Shown: positions 16,988 to 26,141 of the stretch, in pieces | Numbering within the stretch: the stretch's first letter is position 1 | Layout of the letters: every line of letters starts with the position of its first letter | Assembly (NCBI GenBank): GCA_964442865.1 | Contig: CAYUAZ010000001.1 | Location: forward strand, 1 to 43,568 | Length of the DNA stretch: 43,568 nucleotides | Reading direction: 5' to 3' | Source: an uncultured Gammaproteobacteria bacterium | GTDB lineage: Bacteria > Pseudomonadota > Gammaproteobacteria > SURF-13 | Notes under the pieces: generated by a model | Told to the model about the DNA's origin: nothing | Databases searched by the model: none | What the model saw: the letters and a program-made list of their open reading frames with translations, nothing else | Translations under genes and position numbers: made by a program

Positions 16988-18153
16988 TGTGGGAATTGCT
17001 GTGGCTTTTGTTGCCTGTGGCAGCCATCTCGGGTTGGTGGGTCGCCAAGCGCGATAGCGACCGCAGCACGCATTACAAAACGCCCGGTCTGTCGTCGCAT
17101 TACTTCAAGGGACTCAACTATCTGCTCAACGAGCAGCCCGATAAGGCCATCGAAGTTTTTCTCAAGATGCTCGAGGTGGACAGCGAAACGGCGGAGACGC
17201 ACCTGGCCCTGGGCAACTTGTTCCGGCGTCGCGGCGAAGTGGATCGCGCCATCCGCATTCACCAAAACCTCATCGCCCGTCCCTCCCTGAGCCGTCCGTT
17301 GCGCACACTTGCCCTGCTGGAGTTGGGTCAGGATTACATGCGGGCGGGGTTATTCGACCGCGCCGAAACCTTGTTCCTGGAGCTGATCGAGATGAACGAT
17401 CATACCGCACCGGCGCTGCGGCACTTGATTGATATCTATCAGCAGGAAAAGGAATGGGACAAGGCGATAGCCGTAACGAAAAGATGGGAAGAGGTCAGCG
17501 GCAAAAGTTGCTCCGAGGTCATCGCCCATTACTATTGCGAATTGGCCGAACAGGCGCGGCAGCAGCGGAATTTCGATCAAGCTGCGCGCATGATTGAGCG
17601 CGCACTGGAATTCGATCGCAACTGCGTCAGGGCAAGTTTGCTACAGGGAGATATGGAAGTGGCGGCTGGGGATTGCAAGGCGGCCATACGCACCCTAAAG
17701 CGGGTCGAGCAGCAAGACCCTGATTATCTTCCCGAAGTCATCGAGCCGCTGCTCGATTGCCATAACACATTAGGTCAGACCGGCGAAATCATTGTCTATC
17801 TGAAACAGATTCTTGCCAAGCACAGCAGCATCAGCCTGATACTCGCGCTTGCCGAACTGTTGCGTCGCCAGGAGGGCGATGACGTGGCTGCAAACTTTAT
17901 TACCGAACAGCTTCGTAAACGTCCGTCAGTGCGCGGCCTTGATCGTCTTATCGAATTAAATCTCGTACATTCCGAAGGCGCCGCGCGTGACAATCTCCTG
18001 ATCCTCAGGGATCTGGTAAAAAAGCTGCTTGAAGAAAAACCCGTCTATAAATGCAATCACTGTGGATTTGTTGGGAGGTCGCTGCATTGGCAATGCCCGA
18101 GCTGCAAGAACTGGAACAGTATGAAACCTATTCATGGAGTCGAAGGTGAATAA
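16987..18153 (+). CDS. lapB: LPS assembly protein LapB (YciM): N-terminal TM, TPR repeats, C-terminal rubredoxin-like zinc site
   Basis: Start set at GTG 16987 ([23 protein letters not shown]), giving 388 aa against 389 in E. coli. TPRs ([22 protein letters not shown]) and a C-terminal [25 protein letters not shown]. The longer track ORF from 16801 overlaps lapA. Confidence 0.9.
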   Translation: MWELLWLLLPVAAISGWWVAKRDSDRSTHYKTPGLSSHYFKGLNYLLNEQPDKAIEVFLKMLEVDSETAETHLALGNLFRRRGEVDRAIRIHQNLIARPSLSRPLRTLALLELGQDYMRAGLFDRAETLFLELIEMNDHTAPALRHLIDIYQQEKEWDKAIAVTKRWEEVSGKSCSEVIAHYYCELAEQARQQRNFDQAARMIERALEFDRNCVRASLLQGDMEVAAGDCKAAIRTLKRVEQQDPDYLPEVIEPLLDCHNTLGQTGEIIVYLKQILAKHSSISLILALAELLRRQEGDDVAANFITEQLRKRPSVRGLDRLIELNLVHSEGAARDNLLILRDLVKKLLEEKPVYKCNHCGFVGRSLHWQCPSCKNWNSMKPIHGVEGE

Positions 18154-18862
18154 CTCGCCGATCATAGTCGCGCTGGATTTTGCCGATCCGTCCAAGGCGC
18201 TGGAGCTATTGAGCCGTCTTGATCCGCAGCAGTGCCGTGTAAAGGTTGGCAAAGAACTGTTCTGCCGGGGCGGCCCGGCATTAGTAGAAAAGGTGATGAA
18301 GCTGGGCTTCGATGTCTTTCTCGATTTGAAATTCCACGATATTCCCAATACTGTTGCGCAGGCCTGTACTGCGGCTGCGGAACTCGGCGTGTGGATGGTA
18401 AACGTTCACGCCCTGGGCGGGCGCAAGATGATGGAAGCAGCGCGTGCGGCGATTAACGCGCAATCCAAACCCCCGTTGTTAATTGCGGTCACTGTTCTCA
18501 CCAGCCTCGATGCCAACGACCTTCTCGAAATCGGCCTTGCAGGTGCTCCACAGGAAAATGTCCTGCGCCTGGCGGCATTGGCCAAACAGGCGGGTATGGA
18601 TGGCGTGGTGTGCTCCCCCCTGGAAGCAGCGGCGCTGCGCGCCATCCACGGCAAGAATTTCTTATTGGTTACGCCGGGGGTGCGTCCGCTGGGCGCTGAG
18701 CAGGGCGACCAAAAGCGCATTATGACACCGCGCGAAGCAGTCCAAAACGGCGCCGATTATCTGGTTATCGGCCGGCCGATTACCGCCGCCGCCGACCCCG
18801 GCCGCAGCCTGATGAGTATCCGGGAGGAACTTGGTAATGACCACGCAGTGCACACATCTTGA
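18134..18862 (+). CDS. pyrF: Orotidine 5'-phosphate decarboxylase
   Basis: [16 protein letters not shown] and [10 protein letters not shown] motifs. GTG 18146, preceded by GGAG, is an alternative start. Confidence 0.93.
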   Translation: MESKVNNSPIIVALDFADPSKALELLSRLDPQQCRVKVGKELFCRGGPALVEKVMKLGFDVFLDLKFHDIPNTVAQACTAAAELGVWMVNVHALGGRKMMEAARAAINAQSKPPLLIAVTVLTSLDANDLLEIGLAGAPQENVLRLAALAKQAGMDGVVCSPLEAAALRAIHGKNFLLVTPGVRPLGAEQGDQKRIMTPREAVQNGADYLVIGRPITAAADPGRSLMSIREELGNDHAVHTS

Positions 18863-19250
18863 CCAAATCCAAAAAGGAACCTCTGATTAAGTCAGAGGTT
18901 CCTGCGGTGCAGGGATGCACCGCCATTTTTCAAACACGTAAGTGTTTGAAAAATGAAGAAAAGCAAAAACCACGTTTTTTGCTTTTCTTGCTCTGAGAAG
19001 TCCAGGATGGACTTATTCAGAGCTTCAAAAAGTCGCGCCCAGTGCGCCGGGCTGTGAAGACTGTCTCAAGACCGGAGACGAGTGGGTACATCTGTGCCTA
19101 TGTTTGATCTGCGGGCATGCAGGCTGCTGCGACTCGTCGAAGAATAAACACGCGACCAGGCATTTTCACGGGACCGGTCATCCTGTTATTCAATCCCTTG
19201 AACCTGGCGAAGACTGGCGCTGGTGCTATGTGGATCAGACCTACTTGTAA
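18837..19250 (+). pseudogene. zf-UBP-type zinc-finger protein gene interrupted by a 151-bp hairpin element
   Basis: The 5' piece ATG 18837 encodes [13 protein letters not shown]. The 3' piece, in the same frame, encodes VAPSAPGCEDCLKTGDEWVHLCLCLICGHAGCCDSSKNKHATRHFHGTGHPVIQSLEPGEDWRWCYVDQTYL*. Between them are 156 bp carrying three in-frame stops (18888, 18939, 18954). Removing the insert restores ...HLDQIQKVAPSAPGCEDC..., the usual N-terminus of this small-protein family. Confidence 0.7.
18876..19026 (+). mobile_element. Five-hairpin MITE/REPIN-like element, copy A, inserted in the zf-UBP gene with a short A-rich target duplication
   Basis: Hairpins: H1 18876-18902, H2 18904-18923, H3 18925-18954, H4 18958-18987, H5 18991-19022. 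The element is flanked by caaaaag at 18870-18876 and 19026-19032. The 5-7 bp duplication boundary is ambiguous. No coding capacity. Confidence 0.65.
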
Positions 19251-19559
19251 CTAAAGTGGCTTCGAGGCGCGTAATACAGCGTCCAGCAGACCTGGAAAGC
19301 GGGAATCGAGATCCGTACGGCGCAGCGTATTCTTACAGCTCGCGCCCTCGGCGCGCATGGTGATGACACCGGTTTCACGTAACACCTTGAAATGATGGGA
19401 CAGGGTGGATTTGGCGACCTTGTCGCAAAACGCCCCGCAGGTTTGTTCGCCCTTTACGGCCAAGCGGCTCACAATTTCCATACGAATCGGATCGCTCAGG
19501 GCATAGAGGACGCCGGATAACGAAATTTCCTTGCGTGTTGGCGTGGTAAGTTTACGCAT
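19251..19559 (-). CDS. ArsR/SmtB-family winged-helix transcriptional regulator
   Basis: 102 aa with LYALSDPIRMEIVSRL...STLSHHFKVLRETGVI, the ArsR-type HTH. Cys pair TCGAFC lies in the helix-3 region. Divergent from the RND operon. Confidence 0.85.
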   Translation of the reverse strand: MRKLTTPTRKEISLSGVLYALSDPIRMEIVSRLAVKGEQTCGAFCDKVAKSTLSHHFKVLRETGVITMRAEGASCKNTLRRTDLDSRFPGLLDAVLRASKPL

Positions 19560-19587
19560 CTTGACAGTATGTCATGCGGGGGCTTAG

Positions 19588-19623
19588 TATTCAATTGTTC
19601 GGAAACATACGAACAATTGAATA
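19588..19623. promoter_or_regulatory. Candidate operator: perfect 14-bp inverted repeat in the arsR-like/RND divergent promoter region
   Basis: TATTCAATTGTTCG-N8-CGAACAATTGAATA. It overlaps a candidate -10 (TAGTAT, 19585-19590) that lies 18 nt downstream of TTGACA (19561-19566), reading toward the RND genes. Confidence 0.5.
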
Positions 19624-19683
19624 TCCCTTACCTGTCACAATAGATTCACATACAGAGTACAACATCTCTATACCGCTGACAAA

Positions 19684-20862
19684 GTGAGAACGCTTATGAC
19701 AACCCGCTGGGCTTGGTTTATGTTGTACGCGGTCGTGTTGTCCGCATGCGGCAAGCCCGAGGCACATGCTCCACAGACACCGCCTGCCCCACAGGTGAGT
19801 GTGGCAAGTGTCATCGAGCGCGAGGTGAACGAGTGGGATGAGTTTTCCGGACGGCTGGAAGCGGTGGAGAAGGTTGAGGTGCGCCCGCGCGTGTCCGGCT
19901 ATATCGAGGCCATTCATTTCCAGGAAGGTAAAGAGGTCAAAAAGGGCGATCTCCTGTTTGTCATTGACCCGCGTTCCTTTGCGGCGGAATTAAAACGGGC
20001 CGAGGCCGATCTGGTGCGCGCCAATGCCGGCGCCGAACTGGCCAAGAGCCAGCGCGAGCGTGCGGGGAAGCTGTTACAGAACAAGTTTATTTCGCAACAG
20101 GATTATGACGAGCGCAGCAACGGCCTGCGCGCGGCGGACGCCAATGTGCTGGTTGCGCAGGCCGCGCTCGATGTCGCGAGCCTGAATCTGGAATTTACCC
20201 GCGTTACGGCCCCGATTGACGGGCGGGCAGGGCGCGCCGAGATCACGGTGGGCAATCTGGTCAGCGCCGAAGGGCCTGCTGGTGCGACCTTGCTGACTAC
20301 TATCGTGTCGCTCGATCCGATCTACGCCTACTTCGAAGGCGACGAGCAGATTTATCTTAAATACATGGAGCTCGCGCACAGTGGCGCACGCCCCAGCTCG
20401 CGCGAGGTGCGCAATCCCATTTATCTCGGACTCGGCAACGAGGAGGGTTACCCGCATCAGGGCTATATGGACTTTGTGGACAACAAGCTTGACCCCGCCA
20501 CCGGTACGATTCGCGCACGCGCCGTGTTCGACAACAAGGAGCGCTTGTTCACGCCGGGTTTATTCGCACGCTTGAAACTGATCGGCAGCGGCAAGTTCAA
20601 GGCTGTGCTCATCAACGATCGTGCGGTGGGCACCGATCAGAACCAGAAGTTTGTCCTGGTGCTGGGCGCGCAAAACAAGGTGGATTACCGTCCGGTGAAG
20701 GTCGGACGCCTGGTTGATGGTTTGCGCGTGGTGAAGGAAGGGCTCAAACCCGGCGAGCTGATTGTGGTAAACGGTCTGCAGCGCGTGCGCTCCGGAATGC
20801 CGGTGACACCGCAGACGGTGCCGATGGAAGAACAGGCACAGGTTGCGGCGCCGGCGCACTAA
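19684..20862 (+). CDS. RND efflux periplasmic adaptor (membrane fusion protein, AcrA/MexA family), lipoprotein
   Basis: 392 aa with a lipobox (VVLSAC), biotinyl-lipoyl/hairpin/beta-barrel pattern (VEVRPRVSGYIEAIHFQEGKEVKKGDLLFVIDP ... TRVTAPIDGRAGRA). Confidence 0.9.
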   Translation: MRTLMTTRWAWFMLYAVVLSACGKPEAHAPQTPPAPQVSVASVIEREVNEWDEFSGRLEAVEKVEVRPRVSGYIEAIHFQEGKEVKKGDLLFVIDPRSFAAELKRAEADLVRANAGAELAKSQRERAGKLLQNKFISQQDYDERSNGLRAADANVLVAQAALDVASLNLEFTRVTAPIDGRAGRAEITVGNLVSAEGPAGATLLTTIVSLDPIYAYFEGDEQIYLKYMELAHSGARPSSREVRNPIYLGLGNEEGYPHQGYMDFVDNKLDPATGTIRARAVFDNKERLFTPGLFARLKLIGSGKFKAVLINDRAVGTDQNQKFVLVLGAQNKVDYRPVKVGRLVDGLRVVKEGLKPGELIVVNGLQRVRSGMPVTPQTVPMEEQAQVAAPAH

Positions 20863-20877
20863 TAACAAAACACCGTC

Positions 20878-23800
20878 ATGGACTTCTCACGCTTCTTTAT
20901 AGACCGCCCGATCTTCGCGGCGGTATTGTCCATCCTTATCCTTGTCGCCGGCGCCATCTCCATGTGGCAACTGCCGATCAGCGAATATCCCGAAGTCGTT
21001 CCCCCCTCCGTGGTGGTGCGCGCAATCTATCCGGGCGCCAACCCGCGCGTGATCGCCGAAACTGTTGCCTCGCCACTGGAAGAACAGATCAACGGCGTCG
21101 AGAACATGCTGTACATGTCGTCGCAGGCCACCACCGATGGTGTGCTCAACCTCACCGTCACATTCAAGCTGGGCACCAACGTGGACACCGCGCAGGTACA
21201 GGTGCAAAACCGCGTGGCGCAGGCGCTGCCCAGGCTTCCCGAAGAAGTACGCCGCCTCGGCGTGAGCACTATAAAAAGTTCACCCGATCTCACCATGGTG
21301 GTGCATTTGCTGTCGCCCGACGACCGCTACGACATGGTGTACCTGCGCAACTATGCGGTGCTGAACGTGAAAGACGCGCTGGCGCGCATCCGTGGTGTCG
21401 GCCAGGTGATGATTTTCGGCGCCGGGGATTATTCCATGCGCGTGTGGCTTGACCCGCAAAAGGTCGCGGCGCGCGACCTTACTGCCGGCGACGTGGTACG
21501 CGCGATCCGCGAGCAAAACGTGCAAGTGGCCGCCGGCATAGTCGGTGCGTCTCCCGCAGCGGCGGGTGTGGATTTTCAATTGAGCGTCAATGCGACGGGC
21601 CGCCTAGTCACGGAAGAGCAGTTCGGCGACATCATCATCAAGGCCAATCCGGACGGTGCGCTCACCCGGCTGAAAGATGTCGCGCGCATCGAGCTGGGCG
21701 CGAGTGAATACGCGTTGCGCAGCCTGCTCAATAATAAAGCCGCAGTGGCGGTCCCCATTTTCCAGGCGCCCGGTTCGAACGCGATCGAACTCTCCAACGA
21801 CGTGCGTAAAGCCATGGAGGAATTGAAGCGCTCTTTCCCGCAGGGCGTGGATTACAAGATCGTCTATGACCCCACGGTGTTCGTGCGCGATTCCATCAAG
21901 GCGGTGGTGATTACCCTGCTAGAATCGGTGGCGCTGGTGGTGCTGGTGGTGATCGTATTTTTACAGACCTGGCGCGCCTCGATTATCCCGCTGCTCGCGG
22001 TGCCGATCTCCATCATCGGCACCTTCGCCCTGCTCCTTGCATTTGGTTTTTCCATCAACGCGCTTACGCTGTTCGGCCTGGTTCTTGCCATCGGCATCGT
22101 GGTGGATGACGCCATCGTGGTGGTGGAGAACGTGGAGCGTAATATCGCGTTGGGTCTGAGCCCCAATCAGGCCACACACAAGGCCATGAGCGAGGTGAGT
22201 GGGCCGATCATCGCCATCGCGCTCACCTTGTGCGCGGTGTTCATCCCGCTTGCCTTTATCAGCGGCTTGACCGGCCAGTTCTACAAACAATTCGCGCTCA
22301 CCATAGCCATCTCCACGGTGATCTCGGCGTTCAATTCGCTTACCTTGAGCCCGGCCTTGTGCGCGGTACTGCTTAAACCGCACGGCGCGCGCAAGGACTG
22401 GCTGATGCGTGTCATGGACAGCGCATTCGGTTGGTTTTTCCGCCTGTTCAACCGTGGCTTCGGTAGTGCGTCGCACGGGTATGGACGTGCCGTGCAGGGC
22501 ATATTGCATCACAAGTCCATTGTGATGGTGATTTATCTGGGGCTGATCGGCCTCACCTACGTTATGTTCAACACAGTGCCGACCGGATTTGTGCCCGCAC
22601 AGGACAAACAGTATCTGGTGGGCTTCGCGCAACTGCCGGATGCCGCTTCGCTCGACCGCACCGAGCAGGTGATCCGCAGGATGTCGGAGATCGGACTTAA
22701 GCAGCCCGGCGTGAGCGACTCGGTGGCCTTTCCCGGGCTGTCTATCAATGGCTTTACCAACAGCTCCAACGCCGGGATTGTATTTTTTACGTTGCAAGAC
22801 TTCAGCGAGCGCAAGTCGCCGGAACTGTCAGGCTTCGCCATCGCCGATGCGTTGAATCAAAAACTCTCCGGCATCCAGGACGCCTTCATCGCGGTGTTTC
22901 CGCCGCCTGCGGTGATGGGTCTCGGCACTATTGGCGGCTTCAAGATGCAGATCGAAGATCGCGCCGATCTGGGATATGAAGAATTATATCAAGCCACCCA
23001 GGCCCTGATCGGCAAGGCCTACCAGACGCCGGGGCTGGCCGGGGTGTTCTCCGGTTATCAAATCAATGTGCCCCAACTCTACGCCGACGTGGATCGCGTC
23101 AAGGCCAAGCGCCTGGGCGTGAACGTCAATGACGTGTTCGAGACCATGCAGATTTATCTCGGCTCGCTGTATGCCAACGATTTCAACCGCTTCGGGCGCA
23201 CCTACCAGGTGATCGTGCAGGCCGACGCGCCGTTCCGCGCGCACGCCGATGACATCATGCAATTAAAGACGCGCAATAATTCGGGCGAGATGGTGCCGCT
23301 CGGCAGCGTACTCAAGGTCGCCCCCAGTTACGGGCCAGATCGCGTGCTGCGTTACAACGGTTATCTGTCTGCTGATCTCAACGGCGCGCCTGCGCCCGGC
23401 TTCAGCTCCGGACAGGCGCAGGGGCTCATCGAAAAGCTCGCCAAGGAAACGCTACCCAACGGCATTACTTTTGAATGGACCGATCTCACCTATCAGCAAA
23501 TCCTCGCCGGCAACACCACCCTGCTGGTGTTCCCGCTCTGCGTGTTGCTGGTGTTTCTGGTGCTTGCCTCGCTCTACGAAAGCTGGACGTTGCCGCTCGC
23601 GGTGATTTTGATCGTGCCGATGTGTCTGTTGTGCGCCATCACGGGTGTGTGGTTGTTCGGTAACGATAACAATATCTTCACCCAGATCGGGTTTATTGTA
23701 CTGGTGGGGCTGGCGTGCAAAAACGCGATCCTGATCGTCGAGTTCGCACGGGAACTGGAGATACAGGGCCGGGACGTGGTGAGCGCCGCACTGGAGGCCT

Positions 23801-24042
23801 GCCGCCTGCGCCTGCGCCCGATTCTGATGACCTCGATGGCGTTCATCATGGGTGTATTCCCGCTGGTGGTGTCCAGCGGCGCTGGTTCCGAGATGCGTCA
23901 GGCGATGGGTGTCGCTGTCTTCGCCGGAATGCTGGGCGTCACCTTGTTCGGCCTGTTGCTCACGCCGGTGTTTTACGTACTACTGAGAAGCAGGCGCAGT
24001 AAGGCGGTTGCCGCCGAGCCGGCGTTATCTGCCGAGTCTTGA
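20878..24042 (+). CDS. RND multidrug-type efflux permease (AcrB/MexB-like, HAE1)
   Basis: 1054 aa with N-terminus MDFSRFFIDRPIFAAVLSILILVAG and a 12-TM RND architecture with two large periplasmic loops. No outer-membrane factor gene follows. Confidence 0.95.
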   Translation: MDFSRFFIDRPIFAAVLSILILVAGAISMWQLPISEYPEVVPPSVVVRAIYPGANPRVIAETVASPLEEQINGVENMLYMSSQATTDGVLNLTVTFKLGTNVDTAQVQVQNRVAQALPRLPEEVRRLGVSTIKSSPDLTMVVHLLSPDDRYDMVYLRNYAVLNVKDALARIRGVGQVMIFGAGDYSMRVWLDPQKVAARDLTAGDVVRAIREQNVQVAAGIVGASPAAAGVDFQLSVNATGRLVTEEQFGDIIIKANPDGALTRLKDVARIELGASEYALRSLLNNKAAVAVPIFQAPGSNAIELSNDVRKAMEELKRSFPQGVDYKIVYDPTVFVRDSIKAVVITLLESVALVVLVVIVFLQTWRASIIPLLAVPISIIGTFALLLAFGFSINALTLFGLVLAIGIVVDDAIVVVENVERNIALGLSPNQATHKAMSEVSGPIIAIALTLCAVFIPLAFISGLTGQFYKQFALTIAISTVISAFNSLTLSPALCAVLLKPHGARKDWLMRVMDSAFGWFFRLFNRGFGSASHGYGRAVQGILHHKSIVMVIYLGLIGLTYVMFNTVPTGFVPAQDKQYLVGFAQLPDAASLDRTEQVIRRMSEIGLKQPGVSDSVAFPGLSINGFTNSSNAGIVFFTLQDFSERKSPELSGFAIADALNQKLSGIQDAFIAVFPPPAVMGLGTIGGFKMQIEDRADLGYEELYQATQALIGKAYQTPGLAGVFSGYQINVPQLYADVDRVKAKRLGVNVNDVFETMQIYLGSLYANDFNRFGRTYQVIVQADAPFRAHADDIMQLKTRNNSGEMVPLGSVLKVAPSYGPDRVLRYNGYLSADLNGAPAPGFSSGQAQGLIEKLAKETLPNGITFEWTDLTYQQILAGNTTLLVFPLCVLLVFLVLASLYESWTLPLAVILIVPMCLLCAITGVWLFGNDNNIFTQIGFIVLVGLACKNAILIVEFARELEIQGRDVVSAALEACRLRLRPILMTSMAFIMGVFPLVVSSGAGSEMRQAMGVAVFAGMLGVTLFGLLLTPVFYVLLRSRRSKAVAAEPALSAES

Positions 24043-24115
24043 TACCCGCTTTAGAGCTTGTCTAAGAGCTGTTCCGCATCAACCGCGTGTCCTTGCTCGG
24101 TAGCCTCTTCTTCAT

Positions 24116-24143
24116 TTGACATTCCATAGTGCTATGGTAGATT
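24116..24143 (+). promoter_or_regulatory. Candidate sigma70 promoter for the sigma54-activator gene
   Basis: TTGACA (24116-24121), 16-nt spacer, TAGATT (24138-24143). The spacer contains the palindrome ccatagtgctatgg. Confidence 0.35.
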
Positions 24144-24177
24144 GTTAACCAAGTATGCGACTTGGAAGGTAACTATT

Positions 24178-25632
24178 ATGCAAGCCGATGGCACATGGAC
24201 GGTTCTGGTGGTCAATGATGAGACCCCGGCCCGGATTTCATTGGTTTATCGTCTTGAGGAAGACTACCGTGTATTGACCGCCACGTCGGTCCGCGACGCG
24301 CTGCATATCCTGAACAGTGAAGAAGTGGATCTGGTGCTGTGCGACCAGCGATTGCCGGACAGGAATGCTGTCGAGTTCTTTCGGGAAACGCGAATTTCCC
24401 ATCCCGAATCCATACGCATCCTGATTACCGAGACCACGGATCACCTGGATTTGATCCGCTTGATCAACGATGCGGCCGTCTATCAAGTAGTGCCCAAGCC
24501 CTGGCAACCCGACCATTTATTGCTGTTGGTCAAACGAGCCCTCGAAAGCCGCGAACTGGCGCGGCGGCATCGTTACCTGAGCCGGGAACTCAAGTTCGCC
24601 GACACCGTATTGCGGCGGCAGAACGACCATATGGTCAAGCTGTTGCAGGACAGTTACGAGTTCGATAAGTTAATTTACGCGAGCGATAGCATGGGCGCTG
24701 TCTGCAACCTGGCCCGCAAGGCGGCGGCCACGGATCTGCCGGTGCTGATTGAGGGTGAAACCGGGACAGGCAAGGAGCTGATGGCGCGGGCGGTGCATTT
24801 TTTCAGCAGCCGGAGGGATTTCCCGTTCCTCGCCCAGAACTGCGGTGCGCTGCCTGACGAATTGCTGCATTCGGAACTCTTTGGACACAAACGCGGCGCT
24901 TATACCGGCGCCATCAGCGACCGGCTGGGACTGTTCCCCGCCGCCGATGGCGGCACGGTGTTTCTCGACGAGATTTCCGATGTGTCGCCGTCGTTTCAAG
25001 TGAACTTGCTGAGATTTTTGCAGGAGGGCGAGGTCAAACCGCTGGGAACCCATCTGACCCGCCACTGCAACGTCCGGATTATCGCCGCATCGAACCGGCC
25101 GTTGCAGGAGCTGGTGGAGCAGGGTAGGTTTCGCCGTGATCTTTACTATCGGTTACGCGGCTTCGAATTGAACATTCCGCCGCTACGTGAGCGGGTAGAA
25201 GACATCCCGATACTGGCCGAACACGCCGCGAAGAAATACGCGGAAGGGATACACCGCAAGATCGCGGGGATATCGTCCGAGGTGTTGCAGCGCCTCAAGG
25301 CCCACCCTTTCCCCGGCAACGTGCGCGAACTGGAAAACGAAGTGCGGCGCATGGTGGCGCTGGCGGAGGACGGCGAATTTCTCTCGGTGAAGTTGATGTC
25401 GCCGGAGTTCGCGCGCCTGACTGCAAAGGAGGGCAAGGAGGGACAGGACGCTTTTCTTGCCCAGCAGGGGACGCTCAAGGACAAAGTCGAGTCCCTGGAG
25501 GAGTATCTGGTAGCGCAGTCATTGCTCAGGCACAAATGGAATCGCAGCCGCGCGGCGCTGGAATTAGGTATATCGCGCGTGGGTCTGACCAACAAGATCA
25601 GGCGCTATAAACTGGATATGAAGAGTGCCTAG
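24178..25632 (+). CDS. Sigma54-dependent response regulator (receiver + AAA+ enhancer-binding domain + Fis-type HTH), NtrC family
   Basis: Receiver (VLVVNDE..., DLVLCDQRLPD, PKPW). AAA+ Walker A GETGTGKE, sigma54-contact loop GAYTGA, ELFGH. C-terminal HTH SRAALELGISRVGLTNKIRRY. ATG 24178 is preferred over the track's TTG at 24142. Confidence 0.9.
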   Translation: MQADGTWTVLVVNDETPARISLVYRLEEDYRVLTATSVRDALHILNSEEVDLVLCDQRLPDRNAVEFFRETRISHPESIRILITETTDHLDLIRLINDAAVYQVVPKPWQPDHLLLLVKRALESRELARRHRYLSRELKFADTVLRRQNDHMVKLLQDSYEFDKLIYASDSMGAVCNLARKAAATDLPVLIEGETGTGKELMARAVHFFSSRRDFPFLAQNCGALPDELLHSELFGHKRGAYTGAISDRLGLFPAADGGTVFLDEISDVSPSFQVNLLRFLQEGEVKPLGTHLTRHCNVRIIAASNRPLQELVEQGRFRRDLYYRLRGFELNIPPLRERVEDIPILAEHAAKKYAEGIHRKIAGISSEVLQRLKAHPFPGNVRELENEVRRMVALAEDGEFLSVKLMSPEFARLTAKEGKEGQDAFLAQQGTLKDKVESLEEYLVAQSLLRHKWNRSRAALELGISRVGLTNKIRRYKLDMKSA

Positions 25633-25644
25633 TAGGAGGCGTCT

Positions 25645-25893
25645 ATGTCGGAAGACCCCAGCGACCCGTCCGGCCCGGATGTAAAAGCAGGAACCCACCC
25701 GTTCCCGTATTCACGTATTAGCCCACCCGCTACGCCGGGAGGGTTCAAGGATCTCGGCATCACGCCCCTCGCGCGTCAACTCGGACTTACCCTAGAACAG
25801 ACCAATGGCCATTGGTGTAGCCGTTGCCAGGGCATTTGGTTTGGCTACACCCTGGAGGCCGAGTGTCCTGTGTGTGGCAATCGCAACCGCTGA
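25645..25893 (+). CDS. Hypothetical small protein with C-terminal zinc-ribbon (CxxC...CxxC)
   Basis: 82 aa with a strong SD (GGAGG, 5-nt spacer). Disordered Pro-rich N-terminus, then CSRCQGIWFGYTLEAECPVCGNRNR. It starts 12 nt after the regulator stop. Confidence 0.6.
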   Translation: MSEDPSDPSGPDVKAGTHPFPYSRISPPATPGGFKDLGITPLARQLGLTLEQTNGHWCSRCQGIWFGYTLEAECPVCGNRNR

Positions 25894-25933
25894 ATCCCCG
25901 CGTCATTACTGCCCGCTCGTTTATAAAGTTAAT

Positions 25934-25955
25934 TTGCACTTCCCGTTAGGTGCAA
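25934..25955. promoter_or_regulatory. Candidate enhancer (UAS) dyad upstream of the hydrogenase sigma54 promoter
   Basis: TTGCAC-N10-GTGCAA, ~100 bp upstream of the -24/-12 element, followed by an AT-rich stretch. Assigned by position and symmetry only. Confidence 0.3.
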
Positions 25956-26044
25956 AGAAACTTTTCAATCCATTCCAATGAATTCTATCAGTTCGTATTT
26001 TATAACTCTTTGATACGATATATATAATTTGCTCATCGTGGCGC

Positions 26045-26060
26045 TGGCACGCTGATTGCC
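26045..26060 (+). promoter_or_regulatory. Sigma54 (-24/-12) promoter for hupS
   Basis: TGGCACGCTGATTGCC against the consensus TGGCACG-N4-TTGCW, with GG and GC at the canonical spacing. It lies 82 nt upstream of the hupS ATG, and a sigma54 activator gene is adjacent. Confidence 0.65.
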
Positions 26061-26141
26061 TTGGGGTAAAGGACGCCCGACGATTGCACCGCCAAGGGCT
26101 ACCGGTTTGTTCCCGCACACACATTAAGAAGGAGCTCCAAG

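Noticed and set aside
24142-24177. TTG start 12 codons upstream of the sigma54-regulator ATG (track start)
   Set aside because: The TTG overlaps the candidate -10 box, and the extension adds no receiver-domain sequence. ATG 24178 with AAGG upstream is more plausible, though the start remains experimentally unverified.
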